A DNA stretch of 64,000 bases from Pristiophorus japonicus (lineage: Eukaryota). The translations under genes and the position numbers were made by a program. The stretch covers positions 48,670,001 to 48,734,000 of the forward strand of contig NC_091994.1 in assembly GCF_044704955.1 (NCBI RefSeq), read 5' to 3'. Each line of letters opens with the position of its first letter. The stretch's first letter is position 1. Positions 25,505-38,849 of this stretch are shown here, piece by piece. The notes below the pieces were generated by a model. The model was given only the letters and a program-made list of their open reading frames with translations. It was not told where the DNA came from and did no database searches.

Positions 25505-25896
25505 AATCTTATCTAAACGTATAAGATTTTGAGGGGGCTTGACAAAGTGGATGCAGAGAGGATGTTTCCACTGATAGGGGAGACTAGAACTAGGGGGCAT
25601 AATCTTAGAATAAGCGGCCGCCTATTTAAAACTGAAATGTGGAGGAATTTCTTCTCTCAAGTGTTGTAATCTGTGGAATTCGCTGCCTCAAAGAGCTGTG
25701 GAAGCTGGGTCATTGAATAAATTTAATACAGAGATAGGCTGTTTCTTAACGGATAAAGGAATACGGGGTTATAGGGAGCAGGCAGGGAAGTGGAGCTGAG
25801 TCCATGATCGGATCAGCCATGATTGTATTAAATGGCGGAGCAGACTCGAGGGGTCGTATGGCCTACTCCTGCTCCTATTTCTTATGTTCTTATGTT
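25505..25896 (+). mobile_element. CR1 3' end fragment
   Basis: Same 3' sequence and TTCTTATG tail as other copies in the window. Confidence 0.88.
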
Positions 25897-26504
25897 CCAT
25901 GTTCATTGTTTATGCAGTTATATTTATTGGTTTATTTTAATCGGGCGAACACCCCAGTTAGCAAACGGAAAAAGGAATGTTACACGGACACATTGACTTA
26001 ATCTTCAGTTTACTCTCAATTATTAGCCATCTGTTGTGTATGCGGGAGCCGCAATATCAGAGATTGGGAATGCCCCATGCTACATATAGGCTGAGGTTCA
26101 GAAAGTAAAACTACGAGATGAGTCAGTGAGTACAATTATACGAAAGGTAGCAGTGTCAGATCACCATGGGTGAGGTGATGTGCAGCTGGCTATGTGAGAG
26201 ATACTGTCACATGTACCTTGCTCAAAGTCCCGGAGCAAATGGAGCTCCATTGTGTGAGCTCCGTTCCCCTGGCAGGTACCTTGTAATGTTAGAATAAAGC
26301 GGGTAGAAGTTCCGCTTGTACAACCTGGGCTTTTGGAACCGTTCCTCCTCTATGGACAGTAGTTATACTATGCATCGATCTGCCATTTGGAGCTGGTTTT
26401 TGCTGCTATTTATCACACTAGCGATCCAGATTCACATCCATTGAGCAATCTGTACACTGTCCCTCATCATTGAACTCGCACTCTCGCTTCTAGTGCAAAC
26501 CCGA

Positions 26505-26575
26505 ATCACGTCGCCGGATCATTGGTAGCAGGCCTCCGGATTACAAGTCCAGTAACATCACCACCACGGTGCCGT
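26505..26575 (-). mobile_element. tRNA-derived SINE head fragment
   Basis: Minus strand GTGGTGATGTTACTGGACTTGTAATCCGGAGG resembles a tRNA-like box A region. Confidence 0.45.
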
Positions 26576-27175
26576 TCCAGAAAGGGCTATGAGCAAAGAT
26601 CAGGAAATGCTGGATTATTTGGCCTTTAAAAGAGGCGAGCGTATAAGTATCATAGGAAATGTTAAACCCGAGCTCTACTTCAAGTTAAACCACGACTGCA
26701 GGACGATGAGACCCAGGTACAAACTGGTAAAAGGCCAGTGCAGGACTGACGGAAGAGAGGACTTCTATACACAAAGAATGACCAATCACTGGAATGGACT
26801 TCCAAGTGGAAGCAACATCTTTAAATCATACAAGTTGCGGTTGGGATTTCTAAGAAAGGCTGAGCTAGAATAAATTAATCGCTCTCTCATTTTGCTTATG
26901 TCTAAACTCTATCTAATTGACAACAGCCTTGTTATTACCATCCCAGTGACAGTAGCACTGACATATTCCGTTGGTTCATATTCTGTATTGTTAATCCCTT
27001 CAGTTTCATGTTGATATTGGCATGAACATTAAAATTACCCGCATTACCAGCATAATTAGAGCCACCCCTTGCAGCGCTCACTCAGACACGAATGTCAACA
27101 GCCACATCAGTCCAAAGCAATACTGATGCAGAATGTTACCCTCTTATCTAGAATGCGCTGACTCTGGTTGGACTG

Positions 27176-27830
27176 ACATTCCCACGCCATGGCACACTAT
27201 CTTACCATCCGGAGGAGGCGGGGGTCCCCAATGGAGTGCACTCTATGCGAGAGTCCTCCCTTTGTTTATTGGGGACTTGGCCTGGAGGGTGTTGATGGAG
27301 CAGTCCCGTGCAATCGATTGTTAAGTCGGTTCACGGACTCCCAGGCTGCCTGCAATTTCTGCAGTCTGGAGGAGTCCTTGTTCCATTTGTATGTCGGTGT
27401 GAGGTTGCAGCCCCTCTTTCAATATTTGAGGGGGCTGCTCCTCAAATTCTGGTTGCACTTCAATCCCACGCTCCTGATCTTTGGGCATCCTATGCAGAGG
27501 GGAGTGGGCAGGTCGTAGGACTGCTCCTGGGCATGGCTAAGGTGGCCATTAACCGGTCCAGGCAGCGGGTGGTCGAGGGGGTTATTCAGCCGGACTGCCT
27601 GCCTCTCTTCCGTGGCTACATTTGAACCAGGGTGTCCCTGGAGATAGATCACACGGTGTCCACTGGTACGCTCGTGGCCTTCCACGAGAGGTGGGCGCCG
27701 GAGAGACTGGAGTGCATCATCTCAACCGGGAACAGAATTTTAATTTGGTTTGATTTGACAAAGGTTCCCTGAATGTTTAATTGTTAATTTGTGGTTTTTG
27801 GTGCCCTCAAAAAAACAAGGGGGCACTTGA
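27176..27830 (+). mobile_element. Tx1/L1-like LINE 3' fragment
   Basis: PQWSALY..IGDLAWRVL and CNFC..EESLFHLY zinc-binding C-terminal remnants. Confidence 0.7.
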
Positions 27831-28749
27831 ATGAAAATTTCTACCAAAAGAGTTGTACTGAGGTTCCATGGGTACTCCCAGTTCTTGGCAACCTAAACCA
27901 ACTAATTATTTCTCATGTATGACCCAAGCCGAGAACCTAGTGCAAGAGCACCCGGTCCCATGGCTGAAGAGAAATATCTTTATTTCAGCAATAACGATTC
28001 GGTGGCCAAGTTGCACTGAACGCATTTTATTTCTGAACATTGCTCTGTGAATTTAAATCCAGGAATGCGGGTCCAAGTGAACAATGACCTCATCTCTCAC
28101 CACAAATGCTGGGACCTGAGCAATATATAGAAATGTTTGTTATACAACAGTGATTACACAAAGTGCTCCAGCAGCTGGGGATCACGTTGGGACGTCGTGA
28201 GGTGGTGAAAGGCACCATCGAAATGCAAGTTCTACTACATATAATCAAGTTTATTTCTCAATTCGCTTGTGTGCTAATAGAGATTACATTTTTATAACAT
28301 AAAAATAATCAAACAAATCAATCCATAAATAGTATTGATGGAGTTTCAATCCGAATGGTATTTAACAGGTAAATACTACCTTGAGTTCAGCCAATCAATG
28401 TTGACAGCTCTCACCGCAACACACAGGCGGGGTTTGCCCCGGTGTCACTTATAGCGTGAAGTTCCATATCGTAAGGGAAATAAAACAAGGAACTGACTCA
28501 TTCATTGTGTGCGATCGCCATTACCTCCCGCTTGATGTCATCAACTAATAATAAATATATGTTCCTCACATCAGTCACCCATCCAGAACAACGTGCTCAA
28601 CTTATTAAATAAAAGAGGCTTGCGGTAGAAACGAAATAAGATGATTCCATATACCTAGAGCTATTACATATTTTACAGTAAGTGAGCTTTAGGCTGTTTG
28701 TGAATTCCACATTCCAAGTTATGGTGGAGACCGTGGGATCCAAGACCAG

Positions 28750-29655
28750 ATATTATGGGTGTACAGGGCACAATTTCAAAATTTGCAGATGACACATAAC
28801 TTCGATCTATAGTGAAGGTGTGGAGGATAGTGATAGACTTCAAGAGCACATAGGTTGGCTGGTGCAATGGGCAGATGAAATTTAATGCAGAAAAGTGCGA
28901 ACTGGTACATGTTGGTAGCAAGAACGAGGAGTGGCAATATACACTAGAGGGTACAAATCTAAAGTGGGTGCATGCAAAGAGAGACCTGGGGATATATGTG
29001 CACAAATCGTTGAAGGTGGCAGGGCATGTTGATAAATCATTTAAAAAACCACACGGGATCCTGGGCTTCATAAATAGTGCTATAGAGCACAAAAGAAAGG
29101 AAGTTACGATGGACCTTTATAAAACACTGGTTCGGCCTCAACTGGAGTATTGTGTCCAATTCTGAGCACTGCACTTTACGAGTGATGTGAAGGCCTTAGA
29201 GAGGGTGCTACCCATTAGGCCCATTGCAGTGCTCTTTCCCCATTGCCCTGTAAATGTTCCCTTTTAACTATATATGCAATTAAGTTTTGAAAGTTATTGT
29301 TGAACCTGCCTCCACCATCCTTTCAAGCAGTGCATTCTAGATCATGATAACTCGGTGCATGAAAAACTCTCCTCATCTCCCCACTGGCTATTTTTTTGCT
29401 TTATAACTTAAATATGAAAGAGAGGTAATCTTATCGAAACATATAAGATTATGGGACTCAACAAGATGAATGCAAAGAGGATGTTCCCACTGTTAGGGGA
29501 GACTAGAAATAGGGGGCATAATCTTAGAATAATGGGCCGCCCATTTAAAAATGAGATGAGGAGGAATTTCTTCTCTCAGAAGGTTGTAAATCTGTGGAAT
29601 TTGCTGCCACAGAGAGCTGTGGAAGCTGGGTCATTGAATAAATTTAAGACAGGAG
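28750..29655. mobile_element. Mosaic of CR1 fragments
   Basis: KFNAEKC, RPQLEYCVQF, RRNFFSQKVVNLWN; the middle part appears inverted. Confidence 0.8.
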
Positions 29656-29829
29656 ATCACTCTGAAATTGAATTCCCTGCGGTTTAGGTCTCGCTTGAAG
29701 GAATTCAGTGAGTGCATCTAACACATGAAACGGCAGCTTATTCCAGAAGTCAATTATTCTCCTGGAAAATAACCAGCTTATGACATCTATCCTAGTGCTA
29801 GTCTTATACAACTTAAATTTGCGACTCCT

Positions 29830-32800
29830 GGGTCTGGTTCAGCCTGGGATATGGGTTGGTGAGGCAGAGTTTGATTCAGTCTGGTTCAGACGTGGTCAGT
29901 GACTGGTGAGGGCGGGCCTTGTTCAGTTTGGGACCGGGCCTGGTCAGTGAGAATATGGTAAAGTCTGGGACACTGTCTGGTGAGGGACATCCTGTCCAGT
30001 CTGCTTCAGACTGGAACAGGGAATGGCAAGGGAGAGTCTGGTTCAGTCTGGGACAGGGAATGGTGAGGAGGGTCTGGTTCAGTCTGGGACAGGGAATGGT
30101 GAGGGAGGGTCCGTTTCAGTCTGGGACAGGGAATGGTGAGGGAGGGTCCGTTTCAGTCTGCTTCGAACTGGGACAGGGGCTGGTGGTGGAGTGTAAGCTT
30201 CTGTCTGTGACAGGGGATAGTGAGGAAAGATCTGGTTCAGTCTAGGAGAGGACATGGTGAGGCTAGCCTGGTTCAATCTGGGACATGGATCGGCGAGCGA
30301 GGGTTTGGCTAAGTCTAATTCAGTCTGGGTAGGAGCTGCTGAGGGAGTATGGAGTGTATGGTTCAATGTGTTTCCGTCTGGGACAGGGGCTGACTGTTAT
30401 ATAAGCATGCATGTATGGTTGTGTGATATCTCGAACACTGAATGTACCCTATCACTGTACACACCTTACCTGTACACCAGAGGGTGCTGCTGCTGGAGAC
30501 CTAAGGGTTACCTGCACACTGCAGGTAATCTAGTATAAAAGGAAGCTCACAGCTTGGTGTCCTCATTCGAGGAGCTGCAAATAAAGGACTATAGTCTATA
30601 CAGTTTAAGTACCATACTCTGCCTTGTGGAGTCATTACTAAAGGTGCCTACATACACTACAACTGGCGATGAGGATACGAGGTAATGAACTACATGCTCA
30701 GCATGTCGAATCTCAGCAACTTTCAGTAATTTACTGATGGGGAAGATTGGGATGCTTTTGTAGAAAGATTGGAACACTTCTTCATAGCCAATGTCCTGAA
30801 TGGGGACGCACCTGCTATACGACCAAACAAGCACAGGGCCATCCTGCTTAGCAGTTGTGGGCCCACCATCCAGTGTCTCATCAGGGACTTGCTAGTCCCA
30901 GCGAATACAACCACCAAAAGCTACGAGGAATTTGTAACACTCATACAGGAGCACCTAAAACCAAAAGAAAGCATCCTCACAGCCAAGCACCAGTTCTACA
31001 CTTACTGGCGACCTGAAGGCCGAGAAATTACTAAGTATGCTGCACATTTAAGAAGACTAGCTGCACTGTGTGATTTTGGAAACCACCTTAATGAAGCACT
31101 GAGGGACATATTTGTCATCGGAATCTGCCACGAGGGCCTCCTGCACAAATTGCTCTCTGCCGACATCACAGTCACCCTGCAGAAAGCAATTCAAATGAGC
31201 CAGGTCTACATGATTTCGGCAGGCGACTCCAGGTGAATACTGACCCAGGACTCTAAACCGTCGAGCGTAGTGCACCGCATGGATACTTCTAAAGGCAGAA
31301 ATGCTGCCCCGAGTCCAGCAACTCTGAGTCCGCTACATGGGGCAAACCGGATGGCTCCATGCTGGCGCTGTGGGGGAAACCACAGGGCACACTAGTGCCG
31401 CTACAAAGACTATGCATGCAAAGGCTGCAAAGAGAATGGGCACCTTCAAAGAATGTGCAGAAAAAGCTATACTCACCGCGTCTCTGATGAGTTGGCTGAT
31501 CACCTGGGCTCCGACACAGATGAAGGTGAAGCTGCTCAATCCCTGGAAGAAGAGTATGGAATTTATACCTGCTCCACCGAAAGTTCTCCGTGGACGATGG
31601 AAGTAGACATCGACGGGGTCCCAATTTCTATGGAGATCGACACAGGGGCGAGCCAGTCTGAGATGAGCCAAACGACCTTTGAAAAACTTTGGATAAATCC
31701 TGCCAATCGACGAAAGCTGCATCCTGTCCAAGCGAAGCTGCTCACCTACAACAAAGGTCAAATTTCGATCCTTGGCAGCGTGACGTCCAGGTCTCCCAGG
31801 GCTGCGTGTTGAACAAACACCCACTGTGGATCGTAGACGGCGACAGTCCCATGCGCTGGGAAGGAATTGGATGAACCCGGTCCAAGTCGGTCGAAGTGGC
31901 AACGGCCTCCGGGCTCCAGCAATCGACATCAAGCATCCAGAAATCCCACCGTCCAGCTTGACTGTGCGGCGACGACTCCACAACATCACGGTGAAATCTT
32001 CAGGACAGAAAACTTCACCTTCCGGGCCAGGGCAGGACTCCAAGAGGTGAACATCATCGAAAGAAGTGGATTCCCGATGCCCATATCTGAACCTGAGGAA
32101 GAAAAGACCACAACAGCCTACCTGGAGGAGAGCCAGAAGATGGCAGCTGCACCACGAGGAGAAGAACCTGCAAACAAAATGGCCGTGGCCAGTCCACGAG
32201 GGGCAACGTTGGAGGAGCGACACATGGCACCGAGCGGCCAATCGGATTGGAAGGCTCCCTTAAAGGAGACCGGTAACCAAAAAAATTTAAAGGGACAATT
32301 TCAACTAAATGAGGACAAGGACTTTAAAACTAAAAGGATGCAAGTATGATAATGTAACTATGAATTGTGATGCTGGTGTAACTAATGTGACAAATGAGAT
32401 GAATGCTTGTGTAAGTAAGGTTAAAAATAAGCTTGTTATGTTTGATGATTATGACAGAGAGTTTGAAATGTCTAATGTAACCATGTCTGGAGAGACCATG
32501 ACAGCAAAAAGTGATGCAAATGTTGTAATTTATAATGTAGGCTCGACTATGTGTGATCAGAGCCAAGGTGTCATGTATACAGGTAGGACACTGCTAAAGG
32601 ACATTGGGTTCTACAGGGACCATGCAAATGCTAACGGAATCCCCCTGTGGGAGATCCCCAAGTCCAGCTGGCTACTAGATCATGTAGCCTGGACCTTTGG
32701 AACAAATGTGATGCCCCTGGAAGGAAACACACACACCCAGTGGGAGTAGTGGTCGATGGGCAGCACAGCCACGACCACTGGCAACCTGCCCCAGACCAGT

Positions 32801-34288
32801 CCTACACCCCCTGACCACCAGGGCCCTCACCAGGAGCGAGAGGCCAATACCCTCCAGCTTCCCTGGCAAACCCTGGGATGGCCGGACCCTCATCCCAATT
32901 GGAGGACAAGAAGCCCACCCAGTCCTGTAGCCCTGCCCACCACCACACAATTACCCACATCACAGAGCATGTGCCCTACCTACTGCTGCTGTGGCTACCC
33001 CCTGAGGGATCCCACAACAGTGACACCCACATGGTCTGTGTGTTGTGGGGGGGGGGGGGAACGTATGAGGCCAGCTTCAAATACAGGGATTGCACCTGGC
33101 ACCCACACAACCTTCACCACAACCTGCCATAGCCCACTACAGATCACCTCCCCAGGTCATAACAATAAGGATATTAAAAATGCTTAGGGGGAGTATTGTT
33201 ATATATGCACGCTTGTATGGTTGTGTGATGTCTATAACACTGAATGTACCCTTACACTGTACACACTTTACCTGTACACTAGAGGGTGCTGCTGCTGGAG
33301 ACCTAAGGGTTACCTGCACACTCAAGGAGTTGCAAATAAAGGATAACAGTCTACACAGTTTAAGTACCAAAGCCTGCCTCGTGGAGTCATTGCAAAAGGT
33401 GCCTACATACACTACACTGGCGAGTGAGGGTCTGGTTCAGACTGTGACAGTGGCTAGTGAGGAGGTTTGATTTAGACTGGTTCAATTGGGGATAGAGCCT
33501 GCTGATGGAGTTCTGTTTCAGTCTGGTTCAGACTGTGACAGTGGCTGGTGAGGGGGTCTGATTCCACCTGGTTCAGACTTGCTCAGTGACTAGTGAGGGG
33601 GGGGCCTGGTTCAGTCTCATTCACACTGGGACAGGGCCTGGTGAGACGGTCTGGTTCAGTCTGGGGTCAGGGACAGGTTAGTGGGGTCTGGTTCAGTTGG
33701 GTGCGACTGGGACGGTGGCTGGTGTGGGAGGCATGGGTCAGTCTGGTTCAGTCTGGGACAGGGGCTGGTGAGGGATATCTGGTTCAGAATGAATCGATTT
33801 GTTTCAGTCTGGTACATTCTCGGGCAGAGGATGTTGAGCAAGGCTTTGTTTCAAACTGTGGCAGTGGCAGGTGAGGGCATTTGATTCAGTTTGGTTCAGT
33901 CGGGAATAGGGACTGATGAGGTAGGTCTGGTTCAGTCTATGATAGAGGCTGGTTTGGGAGGTTCTGGTTCAGTCCGGGACAGGCCCTTGTGAGCGTGACT
34001 TCTCGTTTAGTCTGGGACAGGCTCTGTGAGGGGGGCCTGGTTCAGTCTGAGACATGTTCTGTTGAGGGGCAGGGGGGGTCTGGTTTTGTCAGGGATAGGG
34101 GCTCGTGAGGGGGGTCTGATTCAATCTGGGACATTGGATGGTCCAGATTGTGACTATTGCTGGTGAGGAAGATTTGGTTTAGTCTGGGACAGTTACCGAT
34201 GAGGGAGATTCAAGTTCAGTCTTGGACATGGGCAACTAGAGTTGTTTTGGTTCATTCTGATACAGACTGTGACTGTGGCTGGTGAGGA
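29830..34288 (+). repeat. Degenerate G-rich satellite (CTGGTTCAGTCTGGGACAGGGGCTGGTGAGGG-like), interrupted by an LTR element
   Basis: Dozens of approximately 30-45 bp units at 29830-30394 and 33417-34288. Confidence 0.9.
30395..33416 (+). mobile_element. Non-autonomous Gypsy-type LTR element (gag-protease only)
   Basis: LTRs 30395-30661 and 33197-33416; TSD CTGAC/CTGGC; PBS TGGCGATGAGGAT at 30664; PPT AGGGGGAG; gag 30769-31236; protease IDTGA; no RT or IN. Confidence 0.9.
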
Positions 34289-37200
34289 TCATAAGAACAT
34301 AAGAACATAAGAAATAGAAGCAGGAGTAGCCCATTTGGCCCCTCGAGCCTGCTCCGCCATTCAATAAGATATTGGCATGATCTGATCATGGACTCACTTA
34401 ACGAATATGATATAATTGGGATTACGGAGGCATGGCTCCAGGATGACCAAGGTTGGGAACTCAACATCCAGGGGTATTCAGCATTCAGGAAGGATAGACA
34501 GAAAGAAAAAGGAGGTGGGGTGGCGTTGCTGGCTAGAGAAGAAATTAATGCAATAGTAAGGAAGGACATTAGCTTGGATGATGTGGAATCTGTATGGGTA
34601 GAGCTGCGAAATACCAAAGGGCAGAAAATGCTGTGGGAGTTGTGTACAGTGCACCAAACACTAGTAGTGAGTTTGAGGACAGCATCAAACAAGAAATTAG
34701 AAATGCGTGCAATAAAGGTACAGCAGTTATCATGGGCAACTTTAATCTACATATAGATTGGGCTAACCAAACTGGTAGTAGTAAAGTGGAGGAGGATTTC
34801 CTGGAGTGTATTAGGGATGGTTTTCTAGACCAATATGTCGAGGAACCAACTAGAGGGCAGGCCATCCTAGACTGGGTGATCTGTAACGAGAAAGGACTAA
34901 TTAGCAATCTTGTTGTGAGAGGCCCCTTGGGGAAGAGTGACCATAATATGGTAGAATTCTTTATTAAGGTGGAGAGTGACATAGTTAATTCAGAGACTAG
35001 GGTCCTGAACTTTAGGAAAGGTAACTTCGATGGTATGAGATGTGAATTTGCTAGAATAGACTGGCGAATGATACTTAAAGGGTTGTCGGTGGATAGGCAA
35101 TGGCAAACATTTAAAGAGCACATGGATGAACTTCAACAATTGTACACCTCTGTCTGGCATTAAAATAAAATGGGGAAGGTGGCTCAACCATGGCTAACAA
35201 GGGAAATTAGGAATCGTGTTAAATCCAAGGAAGAGACATATAAATTAGCCAGAAAAAGCAGCAAACCTGAGGACTGGGAGAAATTTAGAATTCAGCAGAG
35301 GAGGACAAAGGGTTTAATTAGGAGGGGGAAAATAGAGTATGAGAGGAAGCTTGCTGCAAACATAAAAACTGACTGCAAAAGCCTCTATAGATATGTGAAG
35401 ACAAAAAGATTACTGAAGACAAACGTAGGTCCCTTGCAGTCAGAATCAGGTGAATTTATAATGGGGAACAAAGAAATGGCAGACCAATTGAACAAATACT
35501 TTGGTTCTGTCTTCACAAAGGAAGACACAAATAGCCTTCTGGAAATACTAGAAGACTGAGGGTCTAGCGAGAAGGAGGAACTGAAGAAAATCCTGATTAG
35601 TCAGGAAATTGTGTTAGGGAAATTGATGGGATTAAAAGCCGATAAATCCCCAGGGCCTGATAGTCTGCATCCCAGAGTACTTAAGGAAGTGGCCCTAGAA
35701 ATAGTGGATGCATTGGTGATCATTTTCCAAGTCTATCGACTCTGGATCAGTTCCTATGGACTGGAGGGTAGTTAATGTAACACCACTTTTTAAAAAAGGA
35801 GGGAGAGTGAAAACGGAGAAGTATAAACAGGTTAGCTTGACATCAGTAGGGGGGAAAATGTTGGAATCAATTATTAAAAATGAAAGAGCAGCGCATTTGG
35901 AAAGCAGTGACAGGATCGGTCCAAGTCAGCATGGATTTATGAAAGGGAAATCATGCTTGACAAATCTTCTGGAATTTTTTGAGGATGTAACTAGTAGACT
36001 GGACAAGGGAGAACCAGTGGATGTGGTGTATTTGGACTTTCAAAAGGCTTTTGACAAGGTCCCATACAAGAGATTAGTGTGCAAAATTAAAGCACATGGT
36101 ATTGGGAGTAATGTACTGGCGTGGATAGAGAACTGGTTGGCAGACAGGAAGCAGAGAAGCGGGATAAACGGGTCCTTTTCAGAATGGCAGGCAGTGACTA
36201 GTGGGGTGCCACAGGGCTCAGTGCTGGGACCCCAGCTACTTACAACATACATTAATGATTTCGATGAAGGAATTGAGTGTAATATCTCCAAGTTTGCAGA
36301 GGACACTAAGCTGGGTGGCGGTGTGAGCTGTGAGGAGGATGTTAAGCGGCTGCAGGGCGACTTGGACAGGTTAGGTGAGTGAGCAAATGCATGGCAGATG
36401 CAGTATAATGTGGATAAATGTGAGGTTATCCACTTTGGGGCAAAAACACGAAGGTAGAATATTATCTGAATGGCGGCAGATTAGGAAAAGGGGAGTTGCA
36501 ACGAGACCTGGGAGTCATGGTACATCAGTCATTGAAAGTTGGCATGCAGGTACAGCAGACGGTGAAGAAGGCAAATGGTATGTTGGCCTTCATAGCTAGG
36601 GGATTTGAGTATCAGAGCAGGGTGGTCTTATTGCAGTTGTACAGGGCTTTGATGAGGCCTCACCTGGAATATTGTGTTCAGTTTTGGTCTCCTAATCTGA
36701 GGGAGTGCAGCGAAGGTTCACCAGACTGATTCCCGGAATGGCAGGACCGACATATAAGGAGAGACTGGATCTACTGGGCCTGTATTCACTGGAGTTTAGA
36801 AGAATGAGAGGGGATCTCATAGAAACATATAAAATTCTGACGGGACTGGACAGGTTAGATGCGGAAGAATGTTCCCGATGTTGGGGAAGTCCAGAACCAG
36901 GGGACATGTTCTTCGATAAGAGGTAAGCCATTTAGGACTGAGATTGTAGTGTCTCTGCACCTTGTTACAAAATCACACGAGGCATGTATATCACAGACAC
37001 AGTCATTCTGTGACCTTCCTTTATTCCCAGGGTGGGACCTCCCCTTTTATACCTGGAAACCCAGGTGAGGAGTGTCTCCCGCAAGCTCAACCCCTGTGGT
37101 CAGGGTGTGCATTTCAAGGGTACAGGTACAGTGTGCATGAGTTACAGTTACATAACTATTGTCATTGCAAGATGGTGAAATACATGACATCACCTCCCCC

Positions 37201-38149
37201 CTTGAGTCTTTTTGTTTCAGAGGTTAAGTCTATCAGGTGGTTGACGCTCTCTCATGTAGCGCCACAGTTGTGGCTCTAGTGGCTGAGTCTCAGCACGCGT
37301 CTCTGTCACTTGAGGTGATTCCGGCTTGTTCGGGCTGGCCGCAGGCATTGTGCATGCTGAGGGCTGTCTTTGTTGCTTGTACACTGGCAGTGGTGTGGGT
37401 GCTATCTCATCATGCTCTTCTTCCGGTTCCTCCGTGTCTATGCTGAACCTTGTCTTTACTTGGTCCAAGTGTTTGCGGCATATCTGCCCATTGTTTAGTC
37501 TGACCACCATGACCCTGTTTCCTTCTTTGCCAATTACGGTGCCCTCAAGCCATTTGGGTCCCAAAGCATGGTTAAGAACAAATACCGGGTCATCTATTTC
37601 TATACACCTCCCCCTTGAGCCTCGATCATGGAGCTCGTTTTGGGACTGGTGCTTGCCCTCAACAATGTCTGCCAGGTCTGGGTGAATGAGGGACAGCCGC
37701 GTCTTGAGCGTACGTTTCATGAGGAGTTCCGCTGGTGGGACTCCTGTGAGCGAGTGCGGCCGGGACCTGTAGGCCAGCAGGAGGCGCGATAGGCGGTAAT
37801 GAAGGGAGGGTCCTTGGATGCGTTGCATACCCTGCTTTATGACTTGGACCGCCCGTTCAGCCTGGCCATTGGAAGCCGGCTTGAACGGTGCTGTCCGGAT
37901 GTGCTTGATCCCATTGCCCGACATAAACTCCTGGAATTCATGGCTGGTAAAACACGGGCCATTGTCACTGACCAGGATGTCCGGCAAGCTGTGGGTCGCG
38001 AAAACCGTACGCAGACTCTCCACTGTGATGGATGTCGTGCACTAGTTCAATATGATGCATTCCATCCACTTCGAGTATGCATCGACTTCGATCAGGAACA
38101 TTTTCCCCATGAACGGGCCCGCATAGTCGACGTGAATACGTGACCATGG

Positions 38150-38826
38150 TGTGGAAAGTATTTTTATCTAAGCTGATACCATACGGTATTTGTGTGCCTT
38201 TTGATTAAAATGGAGTCCTGGCCCTTCCAGAACTTTCTGCATTTTAGCAGTCAGCTTGCATAAACAGCTAAACCTGCTGTGAGATGGCTGATGGCCATCA
38301 GACAGCTAGGAGACAAGTCATGCTGAGACAAGTAACCCCCATGGTGCTCTCCTATTGTCTACACTACAGGAGTTCCATGTCACCCCACCCTTATCTTCTA
38401 GCCATTATCTCTTTCCGAGACCTCATCCATTTGATGCAAACAGATAAACTGACCAGGAAATTGAAACAATCCTGACACAATACAAGACAGGTGATAGCCC
38501 ATTACCTATGACTCATGGAGTAATGGCCGTTTGGCTTTCTGATAACCCTGACAAAAGGAAATATCTGGACACCATGTCAGGACCAGGATATAGTAATTAA
38601 CTCTTTATCTGTATTCACTGACTGTGAGACAGAGCAATACACAGGGAGAGGCCAGAACTTTGGTTTTACTGTATAAATATCTTGTTAAACTGAACCATTT
38701 CGGAGGTGTTCATTTAGCCCTTGACTGAGTGAAACCTACCCCTTGCGAGCAAGTAAATTAAAAAGGAAACTTCTACCGGAGCTGTAAGTGTCGGAGTCAT
38801 TCTTTTCGGAGGTCGAGATTTCGACA
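38150..38826 (+). repeat. ERV-1 5' LTR (677 bp)
   Basis: TG...CA; TATAAA at 38672; ATTAAA at 38757; no difference seen from 46550-47226. Confidence 0.98.
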
Positions 38827-38831
38827 GTTAT

Positions 38832-38849
38832 TGGAGGTTCCACCGAGAT
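38832..38849 (+). promoter_or_regulatory. Primer-binding site, tRNA-Gln
   Basis: TGGAGGTTCCACCGAGAT is the complement of the vertebrate tRNA-Gln 3' end. Confidence 0.92.

Noticed and set aside
31333-32241. 302-aa minus-strand ORF
   Set aside because: Antisense to the gag/protease region of the LTR element, with no domain signature.
33593-33884. ORFs within the G-rich satellite (also 29919-30366 and 54547-55136)
   Set aside because: Low-complexity translations of tandem repeats.
38284-38475. 63-aa ORF in both ERV-1 LTRs as an accessory gene
   Set aside because: Short with no recognisable motif; the duplication simply reflects LTR identity.
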